DNA of 54,560 nt from Cyanophyceae cyanobacterium (lineage in GTDB: Bacteria; Cyanobacteriota; Cyanobacteriia; Cyanobacteriales; Laspinemataceae): positions 1 through 54,560 of the forward strand of contig JBBQFN010000036.1 in the NCBI GenBank assembly GCA_038321985.1. Direction: 5' to 3'. The translations under genes were made by a program, and so were the position numbers. The notes beneath the pieces are model-generated. The model was not told where the DNA came from, ran no database searches, and saw only the letters and a program-made list of their open reading frames with translations. Of this stretch, positions 20,944 through 30,192 are shown piece by piece; the stretch's first letter is position 1; each line of letters opens with the position of its first letter.

Positions 20944-22155
20944 ATGACCATGACCAATCGAGTCGGGAACGCAGGGGTGCCGCTCAGGGTAAGGCTCCCC
21001 CTTTCTATGTCGAAGCAGGCAGTTCGTCCAGGGATGCCGCCTACTATGGATCTAGCGCCGCTCACCGCGCTGTGCGCGAAGATCGCTGGACAAAGTACCC
21101 TGGTGCTGGTTACGTTCTTACTTTCTATGGGTGTGGCGACGGCACAACGCCCCGCCCCCCCGCCCCCACCTAAACCCCTAGTTCCGGTTTCACCGACTCC
21201 GGCACCCTCCACCCCGAAAGCGGCCACTCCAACTCCAACTGCTGACCCCACTCCTGCGGCTGCAACGAGCCCTGCGGCCACTCCCGGGAATGAGACTCAG
21301 AACGAAGCTGAACCGGAAGTAGGCCAGCAAGAGGTTCTGCAACAAAGTTCAGAACTCGATCCAGCCATTCAAGAGCAGATCCAAGCGGAAGTAGACCGGG
21401 CCTTTATGCGGACGGTTAGCCCCTTAGCGGTAGCGATCGCTGGGTTAGTGATTCTTCCAGTAGCAGCAACTTTAGCCGGAATTTGGTTGCTTAGAAAAAG
21501 CGTCGCTACTCAGGTGGCGAGTGAGTTGAAGGAACAACTCAGACCGACGGTGCCATCCCAACTCCCTGCCTCAGAGAAAGGAGGGGGTTTGGTAAAAAGT
21601 AATGCCGCTGGAATGCCTTTAGCTCTACCGGAAGAACCGAAGAATACGGCTCAATTAAACGAACTGATTTCGATGGCGTTAGCGACTCAAAATTTAATTT
21701 CAGAAGCTCGCACGACCCTGGAAGAGTCAATGAAAATGCAAACCCGGATGGAGGAGCCTTTTCAAGAAATTTTTGGTATTTATGTTAAACAAGGGAATGA
21801 GCTATTTCGGGAAGGGAGATATGAAGACGCCGCGCAGATGTATGAAAAAGCAACGGAACTTAATCCCGATTGTTATGAGGCGTTTTTAGGTCAGGGAGTC
21901 GCCTTTACTCGATTGCAACGTTATGATGATGCGATTTCGGCTTATAATAAAGCGATTCGCAGCAGTTCGGATAAGGTGGATGCTTGGTACGGAAAAGCTC
22001 GATGCTATGCATTGAAGTCCGACACGGATATGGCAGTGGATAACCTCCGCCAAGCGATCGCTCTCAATCCGGACATTATAAATATGGCTCAACAGGAGTC
22101 GGACTTCAACTCCGTTCGTGAGACCGAATCTTTTGATGAATTGATGCGTTCTTAA
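20944..22155 (+). CDS. Membrane-anchored TPR protein with Pro/Thr-rich linker
   Basis: Hydrophobic segment, Pro-rich linker, TM helix and C-terminal TPRs (YEKATELNP, AYNKAI, LRQAIALNP). True start may be downstream. Confidence 0.8.
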   Translation: MTMTNRVGNAGVPLRVRLPLSMSKQAVRPGMPPTMDLAPLTALCAKIAGQSTLVLVTFLLSMGVATAQRPAPPPPPKPLVPVSPTPAPSTPKAATPTPTADPTPAAATSPAATPGNETQNEAEPEVGQQEVLQQSSELDPAIQEQIQAEVDRAFMRTVSPLAVAIAGLVILPVAATLAGIWLLRKSVATQVASELKEQLRPTVPSQLPASEKGGGLVKSNAAGMPLALPEEPKNTAQLNELISMALATQNLISEARTTLEESMKMQTRMEEPFQEIFGIYVKQGNELFREGRYEDAAQMYEKATELNPDCYEAFLGQGVAFTRLQRYDDAISAYNKAIRSSSDKVDAWYGKARCYALKSDTDMAVDNLRQAIALNPDIINMAQQESDFNSVRETESFDELMRS

Positions 22156-22195
22156 CTCCTATTTTAGGAGCAAAATTGGAAATTTAAAGTGAGGA

Positions 22196-22235
22196 GGTAA
22201 GGTGCGCGATCGCATCATTGAAAACGCACCTTACC
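22196..22235. repeat. REP-like palindrome between convergent genes
   Basis: GGTAAGGTGCG ... CGCACCTTACC. Confidence 0.55.
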
Positions 22236-22261
22236 CATTTTTACGACTCCCCATTTCTCAA

Positions 22262-23581
22262 TTAGCGTTTCCCTAAAATAATATAATCATCTATGCTGTA
22301 ATGGGATTCAAAGGGGATTTTTAAATATTCCTGCATTAAGGGACTTATATGTTGATGTACAGGCAAATATTTTCTGGAATAGTCCCCGAAGTTGGGAAGA
22401 TAAGTTCGCATCCCCGTCGAAGTTACATATTTATACCATTCTAACTCTAAATCTAAGTCCTTTAAAAAATCTTTAATCAAGATTTTTTCTTGATTAACAT
22501 CTTCAGTTTTAGGCCAGTTATTGGCCTTAAAAAGTTTAGTTCCCTGCACAATCAGCAAAACATATCCCCCTTTTCTCAAGCTCTTTTCAAAGATTTGTCG
22601 GTAAACTTGATGGGCGACGGTTCTTTTTTCAGGGTTAGCAAATAAACAGTGAGAAACAATGATGAAATTAAAGAAGGCCGGAGGAATTTTACTTAATTTA
22701 TCATTGAAGTTAAACAAATCCCCGGTATCAAATCGAAAGTAAGCATTAACAGCCTTAGACTGAGTTTCTAAGTAACGCCGCCAAAATTGTAGTCCCCTGT
22801 ATTGAAAATTATCGAGTTGCTCTAAGGAATAGTAAGACACGTGAAATTCTTCAGGACTCGGTAAAAATTCCTGACTACTTTGGAGAAATAACGAAAGGCC
22901 ATAAGCAACGGTTCCAGGACCCGCAGCAATATCCAAAATTTTGAGGGTTTTTGGTAATAATCCAGATTGATAAATCAAGAACCAAGCTATATAAGTGCAG
23001 TAAACATTTTCTAAAAAATACTTCAAAAAATAAACATGAGGGGTTAATTTAAAGCAATACTGCGGGTCTAAGCCGCGTTTTAAACCCTCAATATCTTCTA
23101 AGGCTTCCGATAAATAATCGGGTAGTTTATCCGGGGAAATGGCTTGCAGTTCTTCGGTGATAAATTCAGCAAGATGATATTCAAAATCATAAAAGATTTC
23201 TTCATAAATGCCGGTGCATTGCAGTTTAGCTGCATCGCATTCCACCAGTTTTAGTTTTTCTATAATAGAGTGGATAAATTGGGGGTCAGGGGGAATGAAA
23301 CCGGGTGTTTCAAAGGCTTCTAAGAATTCTTGGTGCTCTAATTTTTTAAGTTTTTCGTGAGAATGCTGGAGTTTCTGGTGGAGTGTATTGACTTGCTGGC
23401 GATAGTGACGGCAGGTGCGTTCTGCATTTAAACGCTGTTTAAATAGCTTTGCCGAAAGGGAGAGTCTGGCATCAGATTTTTCGAGTTGTTGTAAAAGTTT
23501 TTCGGCGAATTGGGTATTTCCCTGGGCGATCGCCCGATTAAGACGATGCGATCGCCACCACGTTACGATCCGGTTAGTCAT
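22262..23581 (-). CDS. Class I SAM-dependent methyltransferase-like protein with N-terminal coiled coil
   Basis: Motif I ILDIAAGPGT; FNFIIVSHCLF; L..GGYVLLIVQG. Confidence 0.7.
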   Translation of the reverse strand: MTNRIVTWWRSHRLNRAIAQGNTQFAEKLLQQLEKSDARLSLSAKLFKQRLNAERTCRHYRQQVNTLHQKLQHSHEKLKKLEHQEFLEAFETPGFIPPDPQFIHSIIEKLKLVECDAAKLQCTGIYEEIFYDFEYHLAEFITEELQAISPDKLPDYLSEALEDIEGLKRGLDPQYCFKLTPHVYFLKYFLENVYCTYIAWFLIYQSGLLPKTLKILDIAAGPGTVAYGLSLFLQSSQEFLPSPEEFHVSYYSLEQLDNFQYRGLQFWRRYLETQSKAVNAYFRFDTGDLFNFNDKLSKIPPAFFNFIIVSHCLFANPEKRTVAHQVYRQIFEKSLRKGGYVLLIVQGTKLFKANNWPKTEDVNQEKILIKDFLKDLDLELEWYKYVTSTGMRTYLPNFGDYSRKYLPVHQHISPLMQEYLKIPFESHYSIDDYIILGKR

Positions 23582-24494
23582 AAGTAAAACCTTCTTGACC
23601 TTCCATAATTTCTACTCCAGAGAGTATAATACTCAACTTTTGCTTAAATTTTTGATAATTTTCTTCAGCCTCGCTATACCACCAGCCATATTTTTCAACT
23701 ATTTCCGCAGCAGAGGTGCGGGTTCCGGCAACTAAGGACCGCTGATTAAATTTATGAAACGGTTGAATTACCACGCGATCGGCAACTTCCAATTTACAGA
23801 TAAAGCTCGTTTCGTCTTCCGGTAATGTCGGGAGTACCGGGGTTACGGTAATTGAAAATCGGATATCCCGTTCATCATGATAGGGGATGTTATGTTTGAG
23901 GGTACCGACTGCCTTGAGTCGAGCCTTAATACTGGGCGATCGCGGTTCAAAATCTTTTCGCACCGATTCACTTCCCGTCGGTACACTCATATTAATTCGC
24001 AACCGTTGGAACTGTTTTAAAATATCTAAATCACGAACGATCGCCGGACTGCGGGTTTGAATTACCAAGGTTGGTTGATACTCCAGCATCACCTCTAATA
24101 ACCGGCGAGTTAGTCTTTCTTTAGACTCAATCGGTTGATAGGGGTCCGTTACCGTACTCATATAAATACTGGGTGGACAATCGGGATGGTTTTTATTCCA
24201 AGTTTTTAATTCTTTTTCTAACAGTAGTGCCGCGTTTTCTTTAATAATTACCCAATTTCCCCAATCTTGACGCATTTTTTGATTGGGACTAAAAGCGGCT
24301 GCATAGCAATAACTGCATCCGTATTGACAGCCTTTATAAGGATTCAAGGTAAAATCATAGGCGCTGATAAACCCACTGGCTTTGGTGAGTAAAGTTTTGG
24401 CTTCCTGTTTATAAGCGTTAACACTGCCAAACTTTTCATGCAAGGGAATGGCTTTTTCACTCTCGGAATATCCTTGATAGTGCAGTTTTGCCAT
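23574..24494 (-). CDS. Radical SAM protein, spore photoproduct lyase-like (COG1533)
   Basis: LNPYKGCQYGCSYCYA (CxxxCxxC), STVTDPYQPIE, IQTRSP, RDLD, FEPRSPS...RL. Confidence 0.88.
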   Translation of the reverse strand: MAKLHYQGYSESEKAIPLHEKFGSVNAYKQEAKTLLTKASGFISAYDFTLNPYKGCQYGCSYCYAAAFSPNQKMRQDWGNWVIIKENAALLLEKELKTWNKNHPDCPPSIYMSTVTDPYQPIESKERLTRRLLEVMLEYQPTLVIQTRSPAIVRDLDILKQFQRLRINMSVPTGSESVRKDFEPRSPSIKARLKAVGTLKHNIPYHDERDIRFSITVTPVLPTLPEDETSFICKLEVADRVVIQPFHKFNQRSLVAGTRTSAAEIVEKYGWWYSEAEENYQKFKQKLSIILSGVEIMEGQEGFTYD

Positions 24495-24630
24495 AGATAC
24501 CAATGTCTTTAAAAAGTGTTACGGACTATATTTCTAATATATAATAATTTTTACTCAATTGTCCAGTTCTATGGGGAGTACCTAACTCCCTTGCTGGCGT
24601 AACAAATCATCCCCAAAATCCGCCCCTCAA

Positions 24631-25122
24631 TTAACGCTCTGAGCGTTGTTCTTGAAGCTGGATTATCTCATTCCGGATGGTTTCTCTGAATTGAGCATCC
24701 TGTTCTTGACGCCTAGTTATTTCGTTAAATTGTGCAGGACCCAACCCATTTTTTTCAACAATTTGTTGACATTGTTGGCAATAATTGATAGCAATGGGGC
24801 GGATAGTTGAGTTGAGTGCATTGAGTTGGTCTGAATTATAGCAATCAATCAAAGGGACTGAACCATTGTTTTCTTGAATTTGTTCGTAGGCTTTTTGACG
24901 AAGGGGTTCGATGTCTAAAATTGAGCGTGCATAGCGGGTAATTTCCTCTGGGGTAATCGAAGTTTGCCCTAAAGCCGCACTGATAAAGGGTTGGAAAAAA
25001 TTACTTTGGCTGGGTTGGGGTGGCGGGGTAAAGATCGTGGCGCAGAGGGATAAAAGGGCAACGGGAAGGCACCGCCAGAGTCGGTATCGAGAGACAGAGG
25101 AGAATCGAGGGCGAATCACCAT
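24631..25122 (-). CDS. DUF4168 domain-containing exported protein
   Basis: Signal-like N-terminus; EEITRYARSILDIEPLRQ...NYC...NGL...FNEIT. Confidence 0.8.
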   Translation of the reverse strand: MVIRPRFSSVSRYRLWRCLPVALLSLCATIFTPPPQPSQSNFFQPFISAALGQTSITPEEITRYARSILDIEPLRQKAYEQIQENNGSVPLIDCYNSDQLNALNSTIRPIAINYCQQCQQIVEKNGLGPAQFNEITRRQEQDAQFRETIRNEIIQLQEQRSER

Positions 25123-25158
25123 TGGGGGTTATTTTGGTAAAGGGAAATGGGGGCAGGG
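25096..25158. repeat. Direct repeat copy 1 (5' end and leader of the DUF4168 gene)
   Basis: Core ACCATTGGGGGTTATTTTGGTAAAGGGAAATGGGGGCAGGG (25118-25158) matches 26561-26601 at 39 of 41 bases, with weaker similarity ~20 bp further left. Confidence 0.85.
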
Positions 25159-25167
25159 TTGTACTTG

Positions 25168-25357
25168 ATCGGTTCAGGTGCTGTTGAATCAGCCATCAAA
25201 CAGATTGGTCGGTGGGTGCAACTTTCCTGAGCGCAATGGAACCGTGAAAATGTCCCTCAAGTGTTAGCTCATCGCTGTGCTTATCTGAATGGGTTAATTG
25301 GTTCACCCTTCCCAAAAAACTAGACATAATTGCTTATAAAAAAGGTGATATGCTCCC
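25168..25357 (+). mobile_element. ISKra4-family transposase 3' remnant with probable terminal repeat
   Basis: Frame 25168-25323 reads IGSGAVESAIKQIGRWVQLS*AQWNRENVPQVLAHRCAYLNG (internal stop), typical of the cyanobacterial ISKra4 C-terminus. It is followed by GTGATATGCTCCC. Confidence 0.8.
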
Positions 25358-25407
25358 TATTCTGTAAGCGTGATCGCGCTTAACTTTAGTGCCGTTCAAT
25401 CATGGAT

Positions 25408-26463
25408 TTATGGGTTTATGGCAACTTTTATCACACCATCTCGTTGATTGCCGAATAATTCATACGCTTCTTTTATTTGATCTAGCTTAAACCTGTGTGT
25501 GATCATAGGTCTCAGGTCGGCACGAGCGGACTGTATGATATTTATCAGCCGCCGCATACGTTCTTTTCCACCGGGGCAGAGGGTGGTAACAATTTTCTTA
25601 TCTCCAATACCGGCGGCAAAGGCATCTACAGGAATGGCAAGTTTTCCAGAATAGACTCCTAGACTCGATACAATTCCGCCTAGTTTAACCACACGCAAAC
25701 AGGCTTCAAAGGTTTCCTGAATACCGAGTGCTTCAATCGCTACATCTACACCACGACCATTAGTCAAATCCATGATCGCTTCGACCGGATTGCACTCTTT
25801 ATGGTTTAAAACAATGTCGGAGCCCAGCATTTGGGACATTTCCAGGCGTGCTGGATTGCTGCACACGGCAATGATTTTGGAAGCACCTCTGAGTCTGGCA
25901 CCGACAGTTGCGCTCATACCAATAGGTCCTTGGGCAAATATGGCGACTGTATCACCAATCTTGATATTTCCGCTTTCGGCACCACTGAAACCCGTACTCA
26001 TAACATCGGGACACATAAGCACCTGTTCGTCGGTTAATTCGTCAGGTATAGGAGTTAAATTTGCCATTGCGTTCGGCACTAGCATATATTCCGCCTGAGA
26101 ACCATCAATGGTATTGCCGAAGCGCCAACCGCCCATCGGCCTACCGCCACACTGCGCTTGGTAGCCGTCAAGACAGAAATTGCACTGACCACAAGGAGTT
26201 ATAGCACCAACAAGAATACGCTGTCCTATTTCATAGCCGTGAACTCCTGAGCCGAGTTCTGCAATGACACCAATTGGTTCATGTCCTACTATCCGACCCG
26301 GCTCGACGGGTACTTCACCTTTGAGTATATGAACATCTGTGCCACAGATTGTCGTCGTGGTAATTTTAAGCAGTGCATCAGTAGGCCCAATCTCAGGAAT
26401 TGGTTTTTCTTGAATCTCGATTCGCCCTTTTTCTACAAAAACAGCGGCTTTCATCTTTCTCAT
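25408..26463 (-). CDS. Zn-dependent NAD(P) alcohol dehydrogenase (MDR family)
   Basis: ICGTDVH, GHE, structural Zn CGQCNFC...C, CPDVMSTG, QGPIG. The frame stays open upstream to 26565. Confidence 0.92.
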   Translation of the reverse strand: MRKMKAAVFVEKGRIEIQEKPIPEIGPTDALLKITTTTICGTDVHILKGEVPVEPGRIVGHEPIGVIAELGSGVHGYEIGQRILVGAITPCGQCNFCLDGYQAQCGGRPMGGWRFGNTIDGSQAEYMLVPNAMANLTPIPDELTDEQVLMCPDVMSTGFSGAESGNIKIGDTVAIFAQGPIGMSATVGARLRGASKIIAVCSNPARLEMSQMLGSDIVLNHKECNPVEAIMDLTNGRGVDVAIEALGIQETFEACLRVVKLGGIVSSLGVYSGKLAIPVDAFAAGIGDKKIVTTLCPGGKERMRRLINIIQSARADLRPMITHRFKLDQIKEAYELFGNQRDGVIKVAINP

Positions 26464-26538
26464 AAATTTTTCCAAAATTTTTAAAATTATACCATGTAAC
26501 TTGAATAAAACGCTTTTCTTTCTGCGTGTCTCCTTGCT

Positions 26539-26601
26539 CGGGGAAAATCCAGGGGGAATTACCATTGGGGGTTATTTTGGTAAAAGGAAAGGGGGGCAGG
26601 G
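26539..26601. repeat. Direct repeat copy 2
   Basis: ACCATTGGGGGTTATTTTGGTAAAAGGAAAGGGGGGCAGGG (26561-26601). Confidence 0.85.
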
Positions 26602-26647
26602 GAAACAACAGCAAGTCTTGACACCGAACAAAACAGAACGACCCCAA

Positions 26648-27112
26648 CTATTCCAAACGGCGGAGTGCTTCTCGGAGTTGGGTTTCCGATTGGGGATTGC
26701 TTTTGACAGCTTCTGTGATTTCGTTAAAGCGTTGGATGGTTAAACCGTTGCTAGTCACTAAGTTTTTGGAGCCTTCACAATAGTTGACGACGATGACTCT
26801 AACTTCGCGATCGAGTTGGTTGACTGCATCAGCGTTTCGGCAATCAATGGCGGGGACGTAACGGAGAATGGCTTCTACTTCTTGATAGGCTTGCGATCGC
26901 TGTTGTTCGATCGCCACGATGGAACGAGCGTAGTTACTAATTTCTTCTGCAGTAATCCCTTGAGCGGAAGCGGAATCCGTCCCTATCCAGTTGGTTGAGT
27001 TCCGGGATAAATGGGGAACTGAACCTGTGAGGATTCCCAGGGTACAAAGAGTACCGACAAAGAAAATTTTGGCTCGAATTCCCTGAACCTGAAAAGATGA
27101 TAAGTCAGTCAT
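26648..27112 (-). CDS. DUF4168 domain-containing exported protein (paralog)
   Basis: EEISNYARSIVAIEQQR...NYC...NGLTIQRFNEIT, homologous to 24631-25122. Confidence 0.8.
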   Translation of the reverse strand: MTDLSSFQVQGIRAKIFFVGTLCTLGILTGSVPHLSRNSTNWIGTDSASAQGITAEEISNYARSIVAIEQQRSQAYQEVEAILRYVPAIDCRNADAVNQLDREVRVIVVNYCEGSKNLVTSNGLTIQRFNEITEAVKSNPQSETQLREALRRLE

Positions 27113-27318
27113 AATTATAGTCTCCTCAATTGAAAAATTAATTAACCAAATTCTTAAATCTATCCGCAATATCCAGGGTAATTTCAAAAGGTATTATTCC
27201 TTCCCTCCTTCTAATATTTGAGTGGCTAAAATTTCCAACTCTTAGGCTGCTGTGTATGATGGTACTCCTCCGATTGAAGTTCCTGCGGTCCGTTAGCACC
27301 TCAGACTTTAAAGAAATC

Positions 27319-28317
27319 TTACCGAAATGAAGTGCGCTTGCATAGCTGGCATAGTTCTATGGTTTTAGTTTGGAGGGTAGAGAGTTCTTCAGTTCCTCGT
27401 TTGAGGCTGACTTCTAATTCTAGGAGAATAGCTAAAATTTGTTCGAGTTGAGACAGAGATAGGCCGCTAACTTCTTTTTTTAAGAAGTAGATTCGTTTGG
27501 GATTGCCAATGTCCGCAGCCAAGGCGATCGCCTTCTCGTCGCGCTCACCACTTTCTATCATCAGCTTAACCCATAACCACGTTCTAAATTGACCCGTGAG
27601 GGTTGCGGAAATTTTCAGGGCTGGTTCGTTGCGGTTAATCAAATCGGCTACTAATTCTAAGGCGGCTGCTACGTCTCCTTGGCGAATGGCACTGACAAGC
27701 TGTAAGCTGTTTTGAGTCGTTGCGGTAACTAGCTCATCCACTGTAGCTGCGCTCAGGGGTTGAGGTCCAGCACTCAGGGAATAAAGGTGCAACTTTTCCA
27801 GGGCATTATACAGCGATCGCGTATCATTACCGACAGACTCGGCTAATAGATCCACTGCATCCCGGGTGAGTTTGACCCCTACTTCCTGGGCTGCTTTTTG
27901 CACTGCCCCTAGGATTTCGTCATGCTTCCACGGCGGTAGCGGGGAAAATTCCTGGACTTTGGCGTACTTTTGTAACAGCTTGGTCGTTTTGAGGCGTCCA
28001 TCGGGTTTGTTGCTGGTGGTTAGCAGCAGCACGTTTGAGTCAGGAATCACCGGCAGGGTGCGTTCCATTTCGGCTAAGACGTCGGCAGATGCCTGCTGAC
28101 AGACGTTTGTCTCGGCAAGCCAAACAAAGCGCCCACCGCTGCCAAATGGCGGGGTTACCGATTGATTAAGACCCTGAATTACCCCATCCGACTGTTCGGG
28201 GAAAATTTTATCGGCGTTAAATGCAGCCCAAGCGGGATCCAGGGTGCGATCGCGCAAAGAATCCACGGCTTTTGCCATTGCAAAGTCATCTGATCCCCAA
28301 TAGAGGTAAATTGTCAT
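27319..28317 (-). CDS. holA: DNA polymerase III subunit delta
   Basis: IYLYWGSDDF, TPPFGSGGR, KPDGRLK, VGNDTR.L..ALEKL, GNPKRIYFL. Confidence 0.93.
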   Translation of the reverse strand: MTIYLYWGSDDFAMAKAVDSLRDRTLDPAWAAFNADKIFPEQSDGVIQGLNQSVTPPFGSGGRFVWLAETNVCQQASADVLAEMERTLPVIPDSNVLLLTTSNKPDGRLKTTKLLQKYAKVQEFSPLPPWKHDEILGAVQKAAQEVGVKLTRDAVDLLAESVGNDTRSLYNALEKLHLYSLSAGPQPLSAATVDELVTATTQNSLQLVSAIRQGDVAAALELVADLINRNEPALKISATLTGQFRTWLWVKLMIESGERDEKAIALAADIGNPKRIYFLKKEVSGLSLSQLEQILAILLELEVSLKRGTEELSTLQTKTIELCQLCKRTSFR

Positions 28318-28508
28318 ATAGAAGGCTATGGAGAAGATCCAAGGGTCAAGGAGACAGGAGGGTTAGCCCTTCCTTTAGGATAAAAGAGATTGGCAACGGT
28401 CATGCCACTGATCCCCGTTGATTGCTAAACGCTAACGATGGGGTGATTCCTGGGCACCTAAGACAGCCGCGAAAACCTTTATAGATATAGACAAGAGAGG
28501 CAATAAGA

Positions 28509-29291
28509 TTGGACGATACTTTACAAAACTATTTGAATCGAGTGGCACGGATGACCCGCCAAGATAGCTATCACTCGGGACTCCAGCACATTCAAACTTC
28601 TCCTAAATTTCAGGCACAAGAGGGTGGGGCCAGAAAGCCGGTCCCTTTTCCCGGTTACACGGTGATCACCCCTCCAATGGGAGAAGATGTTGAGAATCAA
28701 GACTTTTATAAAAATATCGAGGCTTCCCAACAGCAACTGCTGGAGATAATGGAACCGGGTTTGATAGTACCGGTCCCTGCGGATAGTTTTCATTTCACCC
28801 TAGCGGATTTAATTTGGGACAGCAGCTATCGAGATGCCGCAGGGGAAAATCCCGACTACGATCGCCAAGTGCGATCGGCGATCGACCAAAGTTTTCAGCA
28901 ATGCCAAGCCCTTACTGGGGGTCCCGAGATTCGCTGGCAGCCCCTGGGGGTGATGTTGCGAACCCGGGCAGTGGCGATTTGTTTAGCGCCAAAAAATGAA
29001 AAATCCTACGATCAAGTTGTCCAACTGCGGCGATCGATTTATCAAAATCAACAGTTAATGGGGTTGGGAATTGAGCAACAGTATCACTTTACAGGTCACA
29101 TTACTTTAGGTTATTTCTGTGAAATTCCCTCGGATTTAGACCGCGATCGCCTCAGCAATGCCCTGGCTGAATTCAATGATAAATGGCTGGACAGCCCCCA
29201 AGAAATCCTCATTCATCGTGCCGAAGTTCGGAAATTTGACGATATGACTCGCTACTATCGTGAAGAAGATTGGCCGGTGTTTAAATTTTGA
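28509..29291 (+). CDS. DUF1868 / 2H-phosphoesterase family protein
   Basis: Two HxT motifs (SFHFTLADL, GHITLGY); PFPGYTVITPP. Confidence 0.8.
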   Translation: MDDTLQNYLNRVARMTRQDSYHSGLQHIQTSPKFQAQEGGARKPVPFPGYTVITPPMGEDVENQDFYKNIEASQQQLLEIMEPGLIVPVPADSFHFTLADLIWDSSYRDAAGENPDYDRQVRSAIDQSFQQCQALTGGPEIRWQPLGVMLRTRAVAICLAPKNEKSYDQVVQLRRSIYQNQQLMGLGIEQQYHFTGHITLGYFCEIPSDLDRDRLSNALAEFNDKWLDSPQEILIHRAEVRKFDDMTRYYREEDWPVFKF

Positions 29292-29356
29292 GAAGAAGGG
29301 CGGATGAATGGGGAAGGATGAAGTAGGGAGGATAAGGGATGAAGAATGAAGGAGCA

Positions 29357-29971
29357 ATGACTCAACTGATTCATCCGATACTAGAACAAAGTTTTGCCAT
29401 GATCGATTCTGAAATTGGCGAACATTCTTTTACTCCCGCCGAATATGAAATTGTTCGGCGGGTGATCCATAGTACAGCCGACTTTGAATTTAAAGACCTG
29501 ATTGTGTTTAGTCCGGGGGCGATTGAAGGGGCAATTGCGGCTTTACGGCGAGGGGTTCCTGTGGTAACAGATGTCACCATGGTGAAACAGGGGGTCAGCG
29601 GGTTAATGGGCAGAACTTTTGGGAATCCCTTACACTCAGCAGTAGAGCGGGTCCCTGTAGCTCCCCCGGGCAAAACCCGCACTGAAACGGGGATACTGCA
29701 ATGCTTTGCTGAATTTCCCGAGGCAATTTATGCGATCGGGAATGCCCCAACTGCTTTGTTGGCCCTGTGCAAGTCTCTCCCCAACTCCCCCATTCAGCCG
29801 GCCCTCGTTATTGGCGCACCTGTGGGGTTTGTTTCAGTGGTGGAATCTAAGGAGGTCCTCGCTCAACAAAATCTCCCCCAGATTAGAATAAACGGTCGTA
29901 AAGGCGGTTCTCCTGCTACGGCGGCTATCCTGAATGCTTTAATTATTTTGGCGTGGCAGCAAGAGAATTAA
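29357..29971 (+). CDS. cobH: Precorrin-8X methylmutase
   Basis: SFAMIDSE, RRVIHSTADF, IGNAPTAL, GAPVGFV, GRKGGS. Confidence 0.94.
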   Translation: MTQLIHPILEQSFAMIDSEIGEHSFTPAEYEIVRRVIHSTADFEFKDLIVFSPGAIEGAIAALRRGVPVVTDVTMVKQGVSGLMGRTFGNPLHSAVERVPVAPPGKTRTETGILQCFAEFPEAIYAIGNAPTALLALCKSLPNSPIQPALVIGAPVGFVSVVESKEVLAQQNLPQIRINGRKGGSPATAAILNALIILAWQQEN

Positions 29972-30010
29972 GGCCGAAAAATCCAGAGGTTTTGGATTAT
30001 TCTAACCCTA

Positions 30011-30120
30011 GGGAGCAAGATGCTCACACTGCGGCTTAGAGAGGGCGTGAAGGATTTAGACGCCCTATAAAATTTCTAAATCTACAATAAATTAGGAGTG
30101 CGAGCATCTTGCTCGCTCCC
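30011..30120. repeat. Inverted pair of GAGCAAGATGCTC REP-like repeats
   Basis: GGGAGCAAGATGCTCACACT ... AGTGCGAGCATCTTGCTCGCTCCC. A related copy GGGAGCAAGACGCTCC lies near 54360. Confidence 0.65.
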
Positions 30121-30192
30121 CTTTTTTAAAGGCCGCTAGAACTTAAATTTTAATGCTTTAAACTTATTGGCGATCGCACCGAAAATAAACTG

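Noticed and set aside
28509..29291. 2H phosphoesterase as part of the RtcB RNA-repair module
   Set aside because: It lies about 8 kb away on the opposite strand, divergent from holA. Nothing in the sequence links them.
29292..30192. Cobalamin riboswitch near cobH/cbiET
   Set aside because: No B12-box or AGGGAA/GCCCCCGC-type motifs. The intergenic DNA is purine-rich short repeats and REP-like palindromes.
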